From the NCBI GenBank assembly GCA_900291995.1, contig OLMU01002625.1, positions 1 to 36,586 on the forward strand: a stretch of 36,586 bases of DNA, in the 5' to 3' direction. Source of the DNA: Licmophora abbreviata (lineage: Eukaryota). The position numbers and the translations under genes are program-made. The number at the start of each line of letters is the position of its first letter. Within the stretch, counting starts at the first letter, position 1. Positions 8,823 to 19,827 of this stretch are shown here, piece after piece. Under the pieces are notes generated by a model. It saw only the letters and a program-made list of their open reading frames with translations. It ran no database searches and was not told where the DNA came from.

Positions 8823-9515
8823 CACTTTAGAGAGGCATCGTGCAGCTGTAACTGAGGGTGAAGTCAGTTGCAGAGGCCTTCAAACACTCATCGTTGGTCT
8901 CTGATCGCCACTGGCCTCATCATCAGCCCTTCTACCTTTTGCTTGACTGACGATGACGCGAGATTTCAAAAAGGTATATGGAATTCTAGACACGCGGTTA
9001 TCGTAGTATCAAACGTTAAGTCTACTTAGCAAATCCCAGTTTCGAATCTCGATGGGTTCTGCCTAAAGTCTGAAGTGAGAGGATCTACTGTCTTCGACGC
9101 AATCCGAAGCCTCTCTCGCCTCCCACTAAGCATCACATTGAACACTTTCAACTTCCCTAGTGCATCGGATAAATCGATAAGGTGTCAAAAGAACGCCACC
9201 CAGCACTCAGCATTCCCATCTTGGATTCTTTGGTTCGCGACACGAGAGTCAAGCCTAGTCGAGTCATGTGGCTATCAATTTTATGGTAGATTCTACGGAA
9301 CATTCGCCATAGACCAGCAAGACGCAAGACGAGTGTCCACTTATTAACGGAAACTGTGAAGGAGTAGGCAGCAAACGTTCTCTGGAGTACGTATCGGAAG
9401 ATGAATATACCTGGCGAGTTCCGAACGAGAAATACGCCACTCGTTCGCCCGACCCTTCGAATAAGCTCTTTCCAATGTGATCGGCAATCAATCAAACACG
9501 AGTTGATACCGACTT

Positions 9516-9779
9516 CTAAAAGAAGTCGCCCTTTTCAAATCGCGGTCGAAGCTTGTTCCACTGTTCCTTGGTCGGGGGGCCGTACTTGATGGGGCCACGC
9601 CGCACCGCTTCAGCCTCCCGCACTTTCTCCATTTGCTTTAGCATGGACTGTGTCTTCTTTGTGTAAAGCGTCAGTCCCGCAGATGCGCCCACCATCAGCA
9701 CACCCAAAGCCATTGACCAGCCTGGGGGAGACGACTCGTGTTTCTTGGTAGGTGCCGGAGTTGAGCTAGGAGTTGACAT
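9516..9779 (-). CDS. Small single-pass membrane protein of unknown function
   Basis: MSTPSSTPAP..WSMALGVLMVGASAGLTLY (one hydrophobic helix) followed by a charged tail. Oriented divergently from UTP11; start could be 9788. Confidence 0.6.
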   Translation of the reverse strand: MSTPSSTPAPTKKHESSPPGWSMALGVLMVGASAGLTLYTKKTQSMLKQMEKVREAEAVRRGPIKYGPPTKEQWNKLRPRFEKGDFF

Positions 9780-10013
9780 TTTTCTCATAAAAGTACTGGT
9801 AGCAGAGTGTACAAATTTTAAATGGTTCACGTCAGATCTGTCGTTAGGTCTCGCGGCACTGTATTTGAGCAGACAATCAAGCGAGGGTCGACGATACGCA
9901 AGTCAGGTGAGGTGACGGCGTGATGCCACGATTGATCTGCAGAGAGTTTTGGAAGCGCGCTTCACACCACAATGTTAAATGTGGTCTTTGTCTTTTGTCT
10001 TAAAGCACAGGGG

Positions 10014-10078
10014 TGATGACGACTGACTGATGCGACTGATGTATGACTGAATGACTGACTCGACTCACATGATGATGC
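10014..10078. repeat. Degenerate TGAC/TGAT-rich simple repeat in a divergent intergenic region
   Basis: gtgatgacgactgactgatgcgactgatgtatgactgaatgactgactcgactcacatgatgatg. Confidence 0.55.
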
Positions 10079-10323
10079 GATCGAACATGACGGAGGACCG
10101 ACTGGCAATGCGCCGAGAGCCACACACACGGGATGAAAAGAAACAAGTTGACGCGCAAAAGTTTTCTCATCAATCATTGCACTTCACACGGCACCGCGTG
10201 TGAGCTTCGCCAACCACATACCGCCACTGCTCGCTCCTCGACAATAGAGGCGATATTTGAAAGTCAAGGATAGCGTCGTCCGCTTCCGCAGGTTCTATTT
10301 ATTACTGTAACATTTCGATCACA

Positions 10324-11181
10324 ATGTCTTCGCTTCGTAATGCCGTCAAGCGCGTTGCTCACAAGGAGCGGTCGCAACCGCAGTCCCGCAATCACTTGGG
10401 AATCTTGGAGAAAAAGAAGGATTACAAGCAGCGAGCGCGTGATTTCCACAATAAGGAGGATCGTATCAAGGCTATCCAGCAGAGATCGAGCATGAGAAAT
10501 CCAGACGAGTTCTATTTTGGTATGAATCGCTCCGAAGTAGTTGATGGGCGACATCGGAAGACCGTTCAAGCAAGGCAGTATGAAATGCACGACCAGATTG
10601 GAGCAGAAGCAGTGCGTATCATGAAGGACCAAGACTTGAGCTACGTGAGAATGCAAAAGCAACGCGATTCTAAGAAAGCCGACCGTCTTCAAGCTTCGCT
10701 TCACTTTCTGGATAGAGTGGGAGACGAGACTCGCAGCTCGAAAGAACGAAAACACACTGTCTTTGTTGAAACCAGGGAGGCGGCGCATGACTTCGATGCC
10801 GCGAAACACTTTGACACAATTCCGGAGTTTGCAGACCGAGCTCACAATCGGCCTCGAGTGGAAGCTCTTCGAAAGACCGCTCTGGCGACGGCTGATGGGC
10901 GTCGCGTCGACGATGAAGGCGAAGAGTATGCAATGACCGAGAAGGAACTCAGGGCGCAGGCAAAACTAGCGAAGCGCACAGCGAAAAAGATTGCGAAGGC
11001 AAGATCTTCATCGTATCGAGAGATGGACGCGCGGAGAAAGAGAGTTGCTGTCATGGAGCAAGCTGAGGCGCACTTGGTGACGGAAAAGCTTGTCGCCGGC
11101 AAGGGTCGAAAGCGAAAGATAAAGGCCGCCGAAGACGGCAAGCCACCTGTGTATAAGTGGAGACGAAAGAGGCAGTCATAA
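10324..11181 (+). CDS. UTP11: U3 snoRNP/SSU processome protein Utp11
   Basis: [58 protein letters not shown] and C-terminal YKWRRKR. Confidence 0.95.
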   Translation: MSSLRNAVKRVAHKERSQPQSRNHLGILEKKKDYKQRARDFHNKEDRIKAIQQRSSMRNPDEFYFGMNRSEVVDGRHRKTVQARQYEMHDQIGAEAVRIMKDQDLSYVRMQKQRDSKKADRLQASLHFLDRVGDETRSSKERKHTVFVETREAAHDFDAAKHFDTIPEFADRAHNRPRVEALRKTALATADGRRVDDEGEEYAMTEKELRAQAKLAKRTAKKIAKARSSSYREMDARRKRVAVMEQAEAHLVTEKLVAGKGRKRKIKAAEDGKPPVYKWRRKRQS

Positions 11182-11883
11182 CTTCTTTCTCGCCACCAGT
11201 GACTAAAAGCGCAAGCTTGCGGTTGATCGTTTGGGATCTTCATCGATTTGTTGCATCCTGCCGTCATCGTCGATTTGCCGTCAGGAAGTCCTTTCTTCGA
11301 TATCAACAGACTGGCTGCTAGATATGGCTAGAGACACCTTCGCTGGTGCCAGGTACGATGATGTGCCGTAAGGTGAACAAAGTAGACTTAAGCTCCAGCT
11401 AGCTGATGCCTTTTGCGAAGAAATCGAGAGCGCTCGTTTTACACTCTAGCTCCAGCTATGAAATAGCAAAGAGAGAGACATGTCTTTCATTGTCTGCCGT
11501 TGAGAAGCTGATGTGATATCGAGGATAAGGATATACTCTACTTGACCAGAGGGGCGACAACTGGATCATGACGAGTAGGTCTAGTGTTGGACTACCAGGT
11601 GTGAACAAAAGAGTATGATACCGGTACATTGAACATACGAGAAGCCCTATCGGAAGTGCACTTCACGCACAGCGGACAGATGAAGCGCGGCTTTTTTGGC
11701 GCGCCCGAGAGGAGAACAGAACCAAAGCTGTGTGCTGCAGTGTGCGTTTGTTGCATGAAAGCTGTGCTCTCTTGCTCCATTTACACATTGCAACGTCAAA
11801 GCTCACCGTCGACGACTTTGCATTCTACATCTACCAGTACCGCTGCGTCAGTGCACTTCTTATTGAACGCACAATACTACAGC

Positions 11884-12846
11884 ATGCCTGGAAGACGCAG
11901 CTCTGATGCGGTGGACGTGGAATCTGCCGCAGTGGCTCGTGCCCCTCGTGACGACGACTCGGAGGAAGAAGACGAAGACATGCAGTTCACGCAGCAGCTT
12001 CCTGAGCTCTCCCAGCCCATCATGCCTGCCAAGATGAGCGAGAAGGCGAATTTGGCGAATCTGGGGAACGAGAACAAGCACAAAGTCGTCAGTGACCTGT
12101 CTCGCCTCGTTCTCTTCAAAGCATTGGCCGGAGATCCCATTGATCGCACCAAGTGTCTCAAGGAAGCCATCGGCGACGGAACAAAGGATCGTATCAGCTC
12201 CGCTGCTTTCGAAGAAGCAGCTGCCAACCTCCGTAATGTCTTCGGCTTCGAACTCCGCCGCGTTCCCAAATTCATGGAGAAGATCAAGTCGCTGCCTTCA
12301 AAGTTCAAGGACCGCTACTACGTCATCAATCAAGTCGAGGACGACATCGACGGCTCTCATTCCAAGGAGATTCACTGTATCCATCCCAAGTCCTCCATCG
12401 AAAAGGGCTTCCTCATGGTGGTTCTTGGCTTCTGTTTCTGCAAGGGCGACCCCGAGCCCGACGGCTCTCGCTGGATCTGGGAGAACGACTTGTACCGTCT
12501 TCTGCATGGCGTTGACGAGAATCTGCCGCCCGAACCACCGGAGCAGAAGCGTCGGCTTACGCAATCGTCGCAGGCACGCGCCCGGAGCGGAGGAGAAGAC
12601 TCGGATACTCCCGACGTGGACATTCTTATTGACAAGTTTGTAAAGATGGACTATTTGCTTCGTCTTTCGAAGGACGACAAGAAGGGATCAGGGGACGGAA
12701 AGACCGTCTACTCTATGGGCCCTAGATCTGCAATGGAGATTGGACGCAGACAGGTCATCTCGTTCTGCGCCGAGATTCTTGATGAAGAGCCGGATCCAAC
12801 GATGCTTGCCGAAATCGAGGACAACGGCGACGACGAGGAGTACTAG
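11884..12846 (+). CDS. NSE3: MAGE-domain protein, Smc5/6 complex subunit Nse3
   Basis: MAGE homology features FEEAAANLRNVFGFEL, YYVIN, KGFLMVVLGFCF, FVKMDYL and YSMGPRSAMEIGRRQVISF. First plausible ATG is 11884. Confidence 0.85.
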   Translation: MPGRRSSDAVDVESAAVARAPRDDDSEEEDEDMQFTQQLPELSQPIMPAKMSEKANLANLGNENKHKVVSDLSRLVLFKALAGDPIDRTKCLKEAIGDGTKDRISSAAFEEAAANLRNVFGFELRRVPKFMEKIKSLPSKFKDRYYVINQVEDDIDGSHSKEIHCIHPKSSIEKGFLMVVLGFCFCKGDPEPDGSRWIWENDLYRLLHGVDENLPPEPPEQKRRLTQSSQARARSGGEDSDTPDVDILIDKFVKMDYLLRLSKDDKKGSGDGKTVYSMGPRSAMEIGRRQVISFCAEILDEEPDPTMLAEIEDNGDDEEY

Positions 12847-13101
12847 TAGATGACAAGATGGATTGTGTGTTTGGATTTTGCACCGTCGCCATTCTTTACG
12901 AGTTTGTGCTGGCGACGACATTTGCCACGGTGTGGCACGGACCAGAAGGATAGTGTCTGCGTGCTCATCAATCGTAGAGTAGGGGTGAGATCGCTTATAT
13001 TCGGTCTACACGATTTGACGATATCGATGTCTATCTATGCTCTACCGAATGTACATTGCCACCGAGCTTGAAAGCGACCTAAAATTGATATGAAGAAACA
13101 T

Positions 13102-13662
13102 CTAAATCGGCGTCTGCATATCCATAGTTTGTTTCGATTGTTCCAGCGTTTGATTCATTTCCGCGGCCGTACGCAGGAAGTCTTCGATACATTCCAGCAA
13201 GTCGTCGCGACCCAGTCCGCAAATCGGAGCCGAGAAACAAAGATTGACCTCGTCCCCTTCAAAGCCGAGACAAGCTCCTCGCGTACCAGCCTGCATGTAG
13301 TTCATCTCCATGGCCCGCTGCATGACGGCCGCCTTGTTGTCGGCGCGATCGACGCGACATACCATGGTGTATACAAAAAAGATGCCGCTTTGGTCTCCCG
13401 GGACTTCGATGCAGATGATGAACTTGTTAAACTGAAAGTAACACATTCCATCTTTGCTGAGAACGAGCTGTTTGCCGAACACAGTGCCCATACGTCGGAG
13501 GTGTCCATTTAGAGCCTTGCGATTCTTGGCCATTCTTTCCTGTGAGCTTCGATATGAAACCCAAAACATTCGCCGTTGACTCTTCCTCTCGATTTCTAGT
13601 CGCACATCAGACGAGGACACCATCGCGTCCGGCGTGGAATGCATGTGTTTGAGAATATTCAT
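13102..13662 (-). CDS. CesT/Tir-chaperone-like (type III secretion chaperone fold) domain protein
   Basis: C-terminal ~130 aa pattern LVLSKDGMCYFQF..IEVP..FFVYTMVC..AMEMNYMQAGTRGACLGF..VNLCFSAP..LLECIEDFLRTAAEM resembles class I T3S chaperones. Start is uncertain (13662 or a later Met). Confidence 0.65.
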   Translation of the reverse strand: MNILKHMHSTPDAMVSSSDVRLEIERKSQRRMFWVSYRSSQERMAKNRKALNGHLRRMGTVFGKQLVLSKDGMCYFQFNKFIICIEVPGDQSGIFFVYTMVCRVDRADNKAAVMQRAMEMNYMQAGTRGACLGFEGDEVNLCFSAPICGLGRDDLLECIEDFLRTAAEMNQTLEQSKQTMDMQTPI

Positions 13663-14229
13663 GATGATCTCAGCATAGAGTCGAAACACGGCTCTGCTGT
13701 TGCTGTTGTTGACGTGTGTTGACAGCACTGACTTCGATTGTGTGCGTGATGGATCATCCAAGAACGCGGAAGTGACGATTTCTCGATTTCGCTATTGTTC
13801 CTGTCGAAAAGCATCCTGAAATCACCAGAGAAGCTGTTCCTACGACGTGTTTGTTAAGTAACTGTGACGATGATGTCCAGAAGCACGTTTCATACAAAAG
13901 CAGAACAGAGCACAGGAGCGAGCATCGCAACTCAACAAGGGAATGGTCGAAGGCCTCCACCGGTACCAGGGTACCGGTATAGTAGGCACCGGTATGAATA
14001 TAGCTGCGATTAACATAACAGTTGATCGAAATTGTGCATGGCGCCCTGCATTGCACCCGTCTCCGATAGTTCCGCCTCCGCCGCACGCCTCTCTCGCCAG
14101 CCTGATAGCTGCTACCCACGTACGTTTCTCTTACAGTCGTAGAGTAGGTCAACCATAGCTCTACTAGCTTCTATTGTAGTGACGTGAAAAGCGCTCTGCT
14201 CGCCAATTTGTTTTAGAAGTCTAATAATG

Positions 14230-15936
14230 CTACAAGGCCGCCGCCGACTGCACTTCACTTGAATTCGTTGCAGGTGTGACCGACATCATATCGCCCACGA
14301 TGACGTCCTCGGTCTCCAGCTTTCTTCGACTTTGCCATTCAGCCACTATCGCTGCTGACCCACTTACACCGCCTCTTCTCCTCTCCTCTTCCCAGAGCTT
14401 CCGCTCGTAACTCTCGAGGGGAGATCGCAGCAGCACTTCCTCACTGAGGTGCTCCGAGGCTGCATTCAAAATTAGCTCTGATAGTCTTGGAGTGCCAGAT
14501 AAGGTCTTGCCTTCCTTTAACAGTGCCTTGGGAATTCTGGCAATCTCATCCAATGCTATGCGATACCGCTTGGCATTCGGTTCGCCTGCAAAAATTGGCG
14601 TTACAGCTTTAACGATGAATCGCCGAATCTTCACAGGGTCCCAAAGCTCCTCCTCTGCATCCGCATGCTTACCGTACGCTTGTAGGATACCCCATCGATT
14701 CTTAGAAGGAGAGAACTCATCATCGGCATACAATACTTGATCCGCCATGGCAAAGCTCCATGGATCTGCTGCCCATGCTCGTCCAATCATGACTCCAAGG
14801 AGACCTGGGCATGCCTCTAGCTCAGACTGAGCCCCCGACAGACTGTCGATCCCTCCATTCAACGAAAAGGTCAACTCGGGATAATCTCGGACGAGCTTCC
14901 GCACAACGTCGTATTTGAGAGGTGGAATCTTTCGATTGTCGGCGGGGGAAAACGACTTTTGCAGAACAGCAATACGTGCATGTACCGAAAAATCGGTCAC
15001 GATATTGTTGGACGCCACGGTCTCAATGAATCGGCAAAGATCTGCATATTCTTCTTCGGGATCAAGTTCTGAGTACCCCAGCTTGGAAAATGGAATCTTG
15101 GAGTCGGTGCCGATGCGACATTTGACCGTCACCGGCAACTCGCCGCAGCTGCCCTCGTGTAGCGCAGACGTGAGTTCCGCTACAAGTTTCGGGTCGTCCA
15201 TCAGCGCCGCTCCAAAAGAACCTTTGCCTGCAACCTTGGGACTTGGACAGCCGCAATTTAGATTGATGGCAGTATAGTCACACCAACCCCGTCCAGTCAT
15301 TTCTTGTACAGTCTGTGCCGCTTCGTACATCTGCTGCGGGTCGGAACCACCAAGCTGTAGAACGGAGGGTCCTTCCAAGGGCGATACCGCTCCCTGCCCT
15401 AGATATCGACGCAGGTATTGATCGTCATAGTTAAACAATGCATCTTGTTCCGTCGCATCAGGATACAAGCGCCGATAGTCCTCTTGGACGGACCGTGTTT
15501 CGTGGGCCAGAGCGTTGGCAGCCACCATTTCGGTATATAGCAGGGTGTTGTCTGAAATGAGGCGCACTAAATGACGAAAATGCCGGTCTGTATACTCCAT
15601 CATGGGAGCTACTGATAATCGACTGGCGTGGGCAAGTTGTTCGTATCTGGCTTGTCGACGAGTACTTGGGTCGTCAGCAGAGTGATCCGACTTCAGTGTC
15701 CCCGCCAATGTTGGGCCTCCAGGTCTTTGCCTCGGTCTGATTCGTCTCGCAGCAGGACTTCTCGTAGCAGAAAATGCCGTTGTTATCATCTTCAGATTCG
15801 CTATGGAGGAAGAAATGGTAGCGAGAAAGAAAAGAGGCAATGCAAAGAGTACTCGAGCTTGGCGGCCGCAAGCCTCACGAGCAGTGAAGACGTTGTTTCG
15901 ACTTGCTAGAGTCTTTCGGAATCGACGCGTTGCCAT
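14230..15936 (-). CDS. dusA: tRNA-dihydrouridine synthase, bacterial DusA-like, probably plastid-targeted
   Basis: SVAPMMEYTDRHFRHLVRLIS, YTEMV, LQLGGSDP, NLNCGCPS, VTVKCRIG, VHARIA, NGGI and GVMIGRA. A hydrophobic signal is followed by TTA-F. Confidence 0.9.
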   Translation of the reverse strand: MATRRFRKTLASRNNVFTAREACGRQARVLFALPLFFLATISSSIANLKMITTAFSATRSPAARRIRPRQRPGGPTLAGTLKSDHSADDPSTRRQARYEQLAHASRLSVAPMMEYTDRHFRHLVRLISDNTLLYTEMVAANALAHETRSVQEDYRRLYPDATEQDALFNYDDQYLRRYLGQGAVSPLEGPSVLQLGGSDPQQMYEAAQTVQEMTGRGWCDYTAINLNCGCPSPKVAGKGSFGAALMDDPKLVAELTSALHEGSCGELPVTVKCRIGTDSKIPFSKLGYSELDPEEEYADLCRFIETVASNNIVTDFSVHARIAVLQKSFSPADNRKIPPLKYDVVRKLVRDYPELTFSLNGGIDSLSGAQSELEACPGLLGVMIGRAWAADPWSFAMADQVLYADDEFSPSKNRWGILQAYGKHADAEEELWDPVKIRRFIVKAVTPIFAGEPNAKRYRIALDEIARIPKALLKEGKTLSGTPRLSELILNAASEHLSEEVLLRSPLESYERKLWEEERRRGGVSGSAAIVAEWQSRRKLETEDVIVGDMMSVTPATNSSEVQSAAAL

Positions 15937-16292
15937 CCCAAACAATTCAGCTGATCTCTGAAGTCCTCGAGCAACTATGATACTGCGAGATTGGAGGTTG
16001 TGGAACTGTGGTCAAGAGTTGCTTTCTTGCCACGAGAATCCGCCGTCGCCGTCGCCGTCGTATAGCGCCATTCCATCGTCAATGGGATGCTTTGGGATAA
16101 ATTGAAATTGCATACGAACCTCTGTTTCCAATCCCAAACTCCAGATTCCTACCACGGTATCTCAGCGGACCTGCTCAGACACAAAGAGGCGACGACACAC
16201 TCACACACACACACTTTTCATAGACACCAATCGAGGCACACCACCGCGATGGCGACGATTGACGACGATGCAGCAGCAGCAGAAGCAGCGCC

Positions 16293-18155
16293 ATGGATGT
16301 GCTGCTGTTGACGGCCTCAGGAAGCTGTACGGCTTATCTGTCTCATCAAGTAGGCAACGACCTATCGAGGAGACAGCGCCATGCGATAACGCTGGCCTTG
16401 GGATTGTCTCTGGGTCTCTTTTCTTTGAGTATCCTCGAAGCGACCGCTCCCTCCTGGTCTCTGCTGCTTGAACACGAAATCACTGCGACTGACGAGCTGC
16501 TCGGTTCCATCAGATTCTTGTCCATTTCTACTGTTTATCGCTTTCTGTTGTGGATTCTCTGTTTATGGATTGTCGTTGTGCTTCCGGCAGTCGCAGGTGC
16601 TCAACTGCTGGGGACTCTCGTGTCGGTGATGGCTCCAGACGAGCGAAAGTACCAGCACCAGTACAGGGCAAGGGGGGAGTATCTGCACTGCGGCAGCAAC
16701 ACGTTTCGATGGCTTCGATTCATCGTACGAGTGATTTCGATCGTCCCTGTCGTACTTTTACGACTCATTCTTGCGATATGCTGCCGACTGAGAAAGCAAT
16801 ACTTTCGTCGCGTCGAACCTGTCCTCGTCGTGACGGTCAACGACGACGATTCTGCTCCGATAGGGCGATCCGTCACGGCAACTCAGAGAACAAGAGGAAT
16901 GTGTGGTGCCTGGCTTAAGAAATCGCATCCCCGTCATCTACAGAGTGCCATGCTTGGAAGTATTCTGGGTGTCATGACCTCTGTGGTCTTTCTTCGTGAA
17001 GTTTGCCGAATCGTCATGATATTGTCTGTGACCTCCGGCTCTCATCATTCTGGTCAGGACGACTCCATCGGCGCATTGCTCCCTACCATGGTGTCGTGGT
17101 TGTGTACCATTGGTCTTTTGCTCTCTTCCGCGTTGAATGGATTCGGCAGTGTGTCGATGCCTCATTCCTGCTTGGCGGGATTCTACTTGGAACCGATTCG
17201 TCCCGAAACAATTGCAAGAGTACAAGTCGAACTGGAGCAAACCAGGAGTGCACTCGAAGCCTCAAGAGGGGAACTGCTCCAGATGACCAAAATTAATCAA
17301 TCGTCGTCTGCCTCGCTTGACGGCATGGCACGCCGTCGGAAAAAGTCGTTAGGCGAAGAGGCGACGCATCGAACACAAGCACTACAAAGAGACGTGGAGT
17401 TTCTTGATACCCTTGTCGACGAGCTCCAAGACAATGTATTAGACTTGAAGCACTCACAATCCATAGCGAGAGTGGCGCGAACGCCTCTCGGAAAAGCCAG
17501 GACATGGCTTGGAGGAGTGTTTTCTATCATCCTACTGGTTCGATTGCACATGGCAATAAATAGCATTTGGAGAGGATTGAGCGCCGAACGGACTGTTTCT
17601 GAGTCAGCTACATCATCAGGGGGTGGCGACGACCCCATCACGACTGCGCTACTATGGTTGACAGGGCATAACATTGTCAGCGAGCAGGACTATAATGCGC
17701 TTTCCCAGTGTATCTCTCTGTTCTTGACTGCATTTCTCAGTGCATCTCAAGTACGCACGTTTTTGCGCACCATGTCAGCGATTCAGCGACGTGTCATTCG
17801 CTTCTACAGAAGATGTTATTGCGCACAAAAGGAGTCTCTGTCTATCGAACCTCTTCACAGCCATCACGCGGACAGCTTTGCCTACATGCTGTCGGCAGTT
17901 CTTGGGTGTTACTTTCTGTCGTGCCTCGTCTTGACCAAGATGAACCTTCCTCTTCTCTATCGATCCGCGTTCTCCGCTGCCTTAGGAAATACGACGTTCG
18001 TTATTCAGGCCTCGGTGGCCAATGCAGTCTATGCCGGGTCCGCGATTGCGAGTGCCATTGTGCTGGGACTACTTTTTGGTATTCAACGACAGAATACCAA
18101 GCGACATGCCGCATCTGACGGTGGTATGTCATCGAGTAGCCTCGATGTTTGTTAA
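16293..18155 (+). CDS. GPR89: GPR89/GPHR (Golgi pH regulator, GTG-like) multi-pass membrane protein
   Basis: Multiple TM helices, ALNGFGSVSMP (family LSGFGAVxxP), a central coiled coil, RTPLGK, DPIT, SQCISL and a YFLSCLVL..NLP segment. True start may be 16249 (see findings). Confidence 0.75.
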   Translation: MDVLLLTASGSCTAYLSHQVGNDLSRRQRHAITLALGLSLGLFSLSILEATAPSWSLLLEHEITATDELLGSIRFLSISTVYRFLLWILCLWIVVVLPAVAGAQLLGTLVSVMAPDERKYQHQYRARGEYLHCGSNTFRWLRFIVRVISIVPVVLLRLILAICCRLRKQYFRRVEPVLVVTVNDDDSAPIGRSVTATQRTRGMCGAWLKKSHPRHLQSAMLGSILGVMTSVVFLREVCRIVMILSVTSGSHHSGQDDSIGALLPTMVSWLCTIGLLLSSALNGFGSVSMPHSCLAGFYLEPIRPETIARVQVELEQTRSALEASRGELLQMTKINQSSSASLDGMARRRKKSLGEEATHRTQALQRDVEFLDTLVDELQDNVLDLKHSQSIARVARTPLGKARTWLGGVFSIILLVRLHMAINSIWRGLSAERTVSESATSSGGGDDPITTALLWLTGHNIVSEQDYNALSQCISLFLTAFLSASQVRTFLRTMSAIQRRVIRFYRRCYCAQKESLSIEPLHSHHADSFAYMLSAVLGCYFLSCLVLTKMNLPLLYRSAFSAALGNTTFVIQASVANAVYAGSAIASAIVLGLLFGIQRQNTKRHAASDGGMSSSSLDVC

Positions 18156-18410
18156 GAGTTTGTCAGTTTGTGCATCAAATCATAGAATGAAGATACCCTA
18201 ATTTGAAAGTAGCGATACCAGTTGAGCAACATACAACGACACACTAAGTCGAAACATTGAATGTTCTTTCCGCACAGAGATACTCTGCTGGAGGTCGTTA
18301 GAGAGTCCAATAGGAAGGATCTACCAGCTATAAATCGAACGGGTTTTGAGTTGCGACTACCATTACGCTCACATAGCTACTGCTTACTATCGAACCAACC
18401 AACGCAGTGC

Positions 18411-18968
18411 TTATCCGACCTTGACGAAACGACGCTTTGCAGCCATTTTCTTTGGGATCTGGACACGATCCCCTTCGTCTGCTTCCTTTTCTACCGCTTG
18501 CGATTTGTCAGTAAGAATAATTTCAACGTGCGCAGGCTGACTGGCGTACTTGCCAATTCGTCCGTGTGCGCGGTAGGTACGACGTCGTCCCGGCGGTGCT
18601 CGGTTGACCTGAGCATGCGAGATGACCAAGTTCTCGGGCAGCAAGTTCTTGTCGGCACCGTTGGCGACGGCGTTGCTCAAGAGATCCTTGTACACCTGGA
18701 CAGCCTTGACAGGCCAGCGTCCCTTGGATCCGGGCACCTTGAGCATTTTGGCTTGAGCTTTGCGACCGATCCCTCCCGTGTACTTGACAAAGGGGATAAC
18801 ATTTTCAAACTTGAGAACCTTATCAAGGTAGACGAGTGCCTTGTCGGCCGTCATTCCCTTGGTGGCATGAGCAATCTCCCTACAGTGCTTGAAGTGCACT
18901 CGCAAGTGGGATCCACGCGACTTGCACGTAATCTCCGGAACATCGGGCTCTACTGAGTAGCGAACCAT
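18411..18968 (-). CDS. RPL17: 60S ribosomal protein L17 (uL22)
   Basis: MVRYS..KSRGSHLRVHFK..GGIGRKAQAK..GRWPVK..RRTYRAHGRI. Confidence 0.97.
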   Translation of the reverse strand: MVRYSVEPDVPEITCKSRGSHLRVHFKHCREIAHATKGMTADKALVYLDKVLKFENVIPFVKYTGGIGRKAQAKMLKVPGSKGRWPVKAVQVYKDLLSNAVANGADKNLLPENLVISHAQVNRAPPGRRRTYRAHGRIGKYASQPAHVEIILTDKSQAVEKEADEGDRVQIPKKMAAKRRFVKVG

Positions 18969-19827
18969 TGTTATTGTATGATTTCTGTGTAAGAGAGAAA
19001 CGAACAGGGATAGCCGCGGTCAGTAAGCATCGATAGCAAAAGGCATCGTTGTCGTCTTGTTCTGTCGCCTGTTCCTCGTTTTCGATCCTGCCATGACCAA
19101 CACCACATTGTACGACCCGCAAGCTTCAAAGTATACGCCACTAAAGATTTCACCAAAGAGGCGCGTTTCGAAGAGCCGCTACACTTGTTCGTCCTCGGGA
19201 TCCCCTCTTGAACACACACGGAAAGACGGAGTGATGGTCAGGCAGTCACCATCGTTTGTGTGTCGTTTTCAGATGTTCGTTCTCTCTTCCCTTCACAATT
19301 TTCATTTGTAGCACTTCAGAGACACTCTCAAGCAGACGAAACCTCCAGTTGGACAGCAGATAAGCCGCTTCAACGCCATGGTAGCACACACCTTCACACA
19401 CCGTCGCAGCTTCAGAAGTGCGGTGGTGGGTTGGCCGACAATGGTACGTAGATCCACGTGCAGCTTGTACTGACAAGTGTAGTAAGAAGTAAAAGACAAA
19501 TATCATAGGAGAACTATTGCGAGCTCGCCCTGTCGAGGAGTATGATAGCGCAAGAGCTCTCACTAGCTTTAAAGTCCGGGTTACAGCATCCAATTCAGAC
19601 TCTGTGACCGTAGAATATGTACTGCATTCTACGCAGAACGGCATGTGAAGGAAAGCACAAGAACAAGAAGGCCGCGCTGTGGTGGCATCACGCCAAGACT
19701 GAAGACACTGTACAGCGGCCAAAGTTCAAAAGTACTACACAGCGACGAAGGAGTTTGCTTCCCTTGTTCACGCACTCCATATTCTGCTGACTGCACAGTA
19801 GTACAATATAATAATAAGGAAGCATTC

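Noticed and set aside
9075..9495. Short ORFs between trmK and the small membrane protein gene
   Set aside because: No recognisable motif, non-ATG starts and no convincing splice model.
16041..16214. (GTCGCC)n and (CA)n tracts in the dusA/GPR89 intergenic region
   Set aside because: Short ordinary microsatellites.
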